Source: an uncultured Bacilli bacterium (GTDB lineage Bacteria > Bacillota_I > Bacilli_A > RF39 > UBA660). From it: DNA of 38,179 nt. The notes under the pieces were generated by a model. That model searched no databases. It was not told the DNA's origin and saw nothing but the letters and a program-made list of their open reading frames with translations. The stretch is taken from NCBI GenBank assembly GCA_944358225.1, contig CALVQP010000001.1, positions 1 to 38,179 on the forward strand, written 5' to 3'. Position 1 is the first letter of the stretch; each line of letters begins with the position of its first letter. Of the stretch, positions 34,968 to 38,179 are shown in pieces. Both the position numbers and the translations under genes were made by a program.

Positions 34968-37391
34968 ATGATTAATGATGAAAATTTACAAAAATTAAGT
35001 GTAGCTTTTTTAGAAAATGAACAGTTAGCTACTAAAAATTTAAAAGAAATAGGCTTTAATTTTAAAGATTTAAATTTCTTAATAAAAAAGCAAATGATTA
35101 AAAGAGAAAAAAAGGGGATATACGTTTTAAATTCAATGAATCTATTATATTTCTGCGGTAAGAAATTAATAAGTGAAGATAAATATTTTGAAGCTATAAA
35201 GTGTTTTGAGAAGTGTTTTGAAATCAATCCTTTACATGTGGGAACTTCTTTCCAGTTGTTTTTACATAACATCCGCTTTAAAAATTATGAAAAAGCTCTA
35301 GATTATTTCGAAGTGATTTATAATTATAATAATATATTTTATAAAACCGATTGTAAATTTTATTTATATATGCTAAGTATGATTATAAAACTTCCTCTAA
35401 AATATAGACGGTTAGCTAAAAGCTTAAGCTTTACCGATATAGAAGTTGATAATGAAGATAAAAGGTATGTTAATGTTATTAAGCAAAATAAAATAAGATT
35501 GTCGGCTTTTAATCAGAAATTTGGTTTGGCATTAATCCAAATCAATGAAGATCTATCCCCAAAAGGCCAAGCTACCAGTAAAGATGTAGTTATTAATACC
35601 TTGATTGAGCAAGCGTTAGAACTTCAAACACAAAATTTGAATACTGTTCTAAAATTAGCTCAACAAAAAGAATATAAACAAATTATTGACTTTTATGAAG
35701 ATATGTTAAATTATCATGCTTTACGTCATTTTGATAATTATATATACAATTTAACAAGAGAATTACAAGATATAATCAGTTTAGAAAAAATTCCCGAAAA
35801 ACAAATAAATAGTACCGAAAATATTTTTGAAGCAATGGCTGGTAAAAATTATGAGTTAGCTTTATCATTAAGCAATTCACTAGAAACTGATGATAAAAAT
35901 TATCAGGTAATTAATATATTACTAAACGAAATAGTTAACACATGTCAGAGTTTAAACTCCCAAGAAAACTTAGAAAGTCAAAAATTAGCTAATCAACAAA
36001 ACTTTTTAGAAAATGATTTTTCCGATATGATGAGTTTTTTAGAAAAAAAAGATTTAGATAATGCTTTTATAAGATTAAAAAATTATCTTATGAATATAAA
36101 TAAAAAAGAATATGAATTTTTAATTATAGATCTTTTGAAAATTAGTTTGCTAGAAAATGATATTGCCTTTATTAAACCTAAAGTAGTATTAACTTTACTT
36201 AGTTGTGAAAATTACACATTTGATATTTCAAAATACATTCAAGAATTTTATGTAAATTTATATCAAAATAATTTTGAAATGGCTAGAATTTATTTAGATA
36301 TTATTTCCAAGGCTAATAAATTAGGGCAGGAATGTTTTATTAAAGAAGAACTATTTCAACTCTTAGAAAAAAAGAAAGACAACAAATCTTTAGCTTCTAC
36401 AAATAAAATAATTCCCGAACAAACAAATGATAAGCAAGTAGATAATATTCTACGCCAACCAAAAGTTATGACTCAAGCTAAATTAAATCCATCTTTAAAA
36501 GTTCATAATCCAATTTCGGACAAACAAGAACAAGTAAATATGAAAAATGGTAAGAAGCATTATTTAGCTCATAAACATGAAAAACTGCTTGAGCATAAAG
36601 AAATTATTTTATTAAAACCAATGGAAGACCAAGAAATTAGTATAATAATGGAAATTATAAAAGAATATTCCGACATGGTTGCTTTTACAATAAAAAATGG
36701 TGCTAAAAAACAGATTGTTTTGAAATATAAATTAGTAAATGAAGATTTGAATACAAAAGATTTTCTAGCTTTGGCTCAACAGGCTTATAAAGTCAAAAAA
36801 TATAATGAATGTATAAACTACTGTCTTCAAATACTTCAAACTTGCGATAATCCCGATATAAACGTTTATGCAACCTTGGGATTAGCATATATGAAAAAGT
36901 GGAAAATAGATAAAGCCATTGATTACTTAACAATTGCCACTTCATTAGCTAAAGAAAGAAATCTTAAATTGGATTTTTCAATATTAATAGCGCGCTTAAA
37001 AGGAGAAATAAGTGAGTATGATTCCAAACCCCATTTTAAAATGAAACTAGAAGATTTTTATGATAATGTAAGTGATGATTATAACGTGGAAAACTTTAAT
37101 GAAATTAATGATTACATTGTTCAATCTGGTTTAGATGTTACTACCGCTTGTATAAACATGGGCTTTACTCCTCAAAAAATTAATATAATAAAATTAATTT
37201 ATGCCCAAAAATATTATGCTCAAAAATGGTATGACAAAGGGGATTTATTTTTCAAAGATGTTGTAAAAAGTAAAAATAAAACTAAAGAAACGCAAAAGTT
37301 ATTAGAAGAAGTAAGTAAAAACAAGATGTTTTATCATCATAGACAAAGTGATAATTCAACCAAATTAACATTAACACTAGTTCCTAAATAA
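34968..37391 (+). CDS. 807-aa TPR-like repeat protein
   Basis: Several TPR-like units, e.g. YFEAIKCFEKCFEINPLH and YNECINYCLQILQ...VYATLGLAYMKKWKIDKAIDYLTIA. No enzymatic motif is seen. Confidence 0.7.
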   Translation: MINDENLQKLSVAFLENEQLATKNLKEIGFNFKDLNFLIKKQMIKREKKGIYVLNSMNLLYFCGKKLISEDKYFEAIKCFEKCFEINPLHVGTSFQLFLHNIRFKNYEKALDYFEVIYNYNNIFYKTDCKFYLYMLSMIIKLPLKYRRLAKSLSFTDIEVDNEDKRYVNVIKQNKIRLSAFNQKFGLALIQINEDLSPKGQATSKDVVINTLIEQALELQTQNLNTVLKLAQQKEYKQIIDFYEDMLNYHALRHFDNYIYNLTRELQDIISLEKIPEKQINSTENIFEAMAGKNYELALSLSNSLETDDKNYQVINILLNEIVNTCQSLNSQENLESQKLANQQNFLENDFSDMMSFLEKKDLDNAFIRLKNYLMNINKKEYEFLIIDLLKISLLENDIAFIKPKVVLTLLSCENYTFDISKYIQEFYVNLYQNNFEMARIYLDIISKANKLGQECFIKEELFQLLEKKKDNKSLASTNKIIPEQTNDKQVDNILRQPKVMTQAKLNPSLKVHNPISDKQEQVNMKNGKKHYLAHKHEKLLEHKEIILLKPMEDQEISIIMEIIKEYSDMVAFTIKNGAKKQIVLKYKLVNEDLNTKDFLALAQQAYKVKKYNECINYCLQILQTCDNPDINVYATLGLAYMKKWKIDKAIDYLTIATSLAKERNLKLDFSILIARLKGEISEYDSKPHFKMKLEDFYDNVSDDYNVENFNEINDYIVQSGLDVTTACINMGFTPQKINIIKLIYAQKYYAQKWYDKGDLFFKDVVKSKNKTKETQKLLEEVSKNKMFYHHRQSDNSTKLTLTLVPK

Positions 37392-37417
37392 AAAAGTTCC
37401 CATTTGAGAACTTTTTT
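37391..37417. terminator. bidirectional terminator between convergent genes
   Basis: AAAAAGTTC-CCATTTGA-GAACTTTTTTT. Confidence 0.7.
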
Positions 37418-37433
37418 TGATGTAGCTAATTTT

Positions 37434-37898
37434 TTACACACAATCAACAGTTGTATCACTTAAACATTTAATGCAGCATACACAACTTAAATCCATTGTA
37501 AAAAATGAATTAGTTGCTATATATGGCATAGTATTACAGCAACTTGGTTCTGGGTTATCTGCAAGAACTCTAAATGTTGCACAATTTCCATCTAATTTTT
37601 CTACTCTAAACACACTTGAACAACAAACGTTAGTATCGTCGCTAGCTTGAGGATTAGAACAAGTTATTGAACTATCCTTGCAAGTTGGCATACTCCAAGG
37701 AACTCCATTACCACAACAAGTATAAAGCATTACTGGACGAGTGTTACAAATCAAGCAATTAGGTCCGCCACCAAGCATTGGTCTGTCACATGAGTCCAAA
37801 CAATTTTCTGGACTAGCATTTTGTTGTAAAACTAAAATAACATTTAAAATATCACTAATGCAGTTACCTTTATTATTTGAGTTGTTATTATTACACAT
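37434..37898 (-). CDS. spore coat/exosporium protein of the CotZ/CotY (ExsY) family
   Basis: CISDILNVILVLQ, CCSSVFRVEKLDGNCATFRVL and FTMDLSCVCCIKCL parallel B. subtilis CotZ (FFRVERVHGSCATLSLL, VDLDCFCAINCL). I prefer the start at 37898 (MCNNNN, AAGGGTG RBS) to the ORF-track start at 37991. Confidence 0.8.
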   Translation of the reverse strand: MCNNNNSNNKGNCISDILNVILVLQQNASPENCLDSCDRPMLGGGPNCLICNTRPVMLYTCCGNGVPWSMPTCKDSSITCSNPQASDDTNVCCSSVFRVEKLDGNCATFRVLADNPEPSCCNTMPYIATNSFFTMDLSCVCCIKCLSDTTVDCV

Positions 37899-37928
37899 AT
37901 TATTCACCCTTTCATGTATTCTCATTAA

Positions 37929-37955
37929 TAATTTATGACAAAATAAAAAATGCGT
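37929..37955 (-). promoter_or_regulatory. candidate sigma-K type promoter of the coat gene
   Basis: The minus strand reads AC-N16-CATAAATTA, matching the mother-cell sigma-K consensus AC-N16/17-CATAnnnTA, about 30 nt upstream of the ATG. Confidence 0.3.
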
Positions 37956-37962
37956 GCGCACT

Positions 37963-38178
37963 TTATAATTTAAGAATATATCTTTCTTCATGGTTTATAG
38001 TATCTTTTATTTCTAAGCCTAATAATTTATCGATAAATATAGTAGTTTGTTGCTTTTTTCTTAAATTTACAAGCATTATAAATAAAATAAACCAAATAAA
38101 TCCTTGAATAATAATTATTTTATAAAAAGGAATATTAAACTCATTTAAAAATATAATATTATTAAGAATTAAACTTTC
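37963..38178 (-). CDS. C-terminal part of an unidentified protein, probably membrane (gene enters from the right edge)
   Basis: The frame is open from the window edge to the TAA at 37963-37965 (..IIIIQGFIWFILFIMLVNLRKKQQ..ERYILKL*). It is missing from the ORF track because no start codon lies inside the window. Confidence 0.4.
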   Translation of the reverse strand, partial: ESLILNNIIFLNEFNIPFYKIIIIQGFIWFILFIMLVNLRKKQQTTIFIDKLLGLEIKDTINHEERYILKL

Positions 38179-38179
38179 A

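Noticed and set aside
37899-37991. N-terminal extension of the CotZ-like ORF (MKKDIFLNYKVRTHFLF...).
   Set aside because: The internal ATG at 37898 has a strong AAGGGTG RBS, and the family starts near that point. The extension also overlaps the 3' end of the upstream minus-strand gene (stop at 37963-37965) and the putative promoter.
1-38179. Search for CRISPR arrays, rRNA genes, transposases/IS elements, integrases or reverse transcriptases.
   Set aside because: Reading by eye, I saw no regularly spaced direct repeats, no rRNA-like sequence and no ORF with DDE, tyrosine/serine recombinase or RT motifs. The only mobility remnant is the Mob/Pre stub.

Overview
Visibly AT-rich chromosomal segment from an endospore-forming Bacillota (Firmicutes); I cannot place it more finely. 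All calls rest on reading the ORF translations and DNA by eye against remembered family motifs; no searches were run.

Layout:
- (i) 1-10.1 kb, housekeeping: a T-box leader, a small membrane protein, leuS, a Cys-rich ORF, uppS, tRNA-Glu/Gln, rarA, a cyclophilin lipoprotein, uvsE and a VanY-like peptidase.
- (ii) 10.1-23.6 kb, accessory region anchored on a tRNA-Thr pair. It starts with a decayed integrative mobilizable element bounded by a 25-bp direct repeat that includes the tRNA 3' end. That element carries a Mob/Pre stub, a membrane protein, a Nudix gene and a multiply frameshifted radical-SAM pseudogene. Next comes an orphan cluster of 177, 958, 222 and 393 aa with no family I recognise, then a long internally duplicated ThyX-like gene translationally coupled to a Tmk-like kinase.
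- (iii) 23.6-38.2 kb: an amidinotransferase-fold enzyme, an XRE regulator with two redox-type lipoproteins, and a rearranged dcw/sporulation block (queH, divIB, murG, DUF5131, transglutaminase-like, ylmC, sigG, then divergently spoIIGA-sigE). This is followed by a kinase-like protein, an 807-aa TPR protein and a cotZ/cotY-like coat gene.

Most notable:
- A complete Nudix domain with a perfect Nudix box is inserted in the LeuRS editing domain.
- An in-frame TAA interrupts the same leuS.
- The 958-aa + 222-aa orphan operon, with its neighbours, is the best candidate for an undescribed system.
- The ThyX-like gene is a tandem duplication with active-site motifs split between its halves.
- An atypical tRNA(GGU) lacks the D-loop/T-loop tertiary-pair nucleotides.
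- Single-base frameshifts occur at G5 tracts, one of them in essential uppS.
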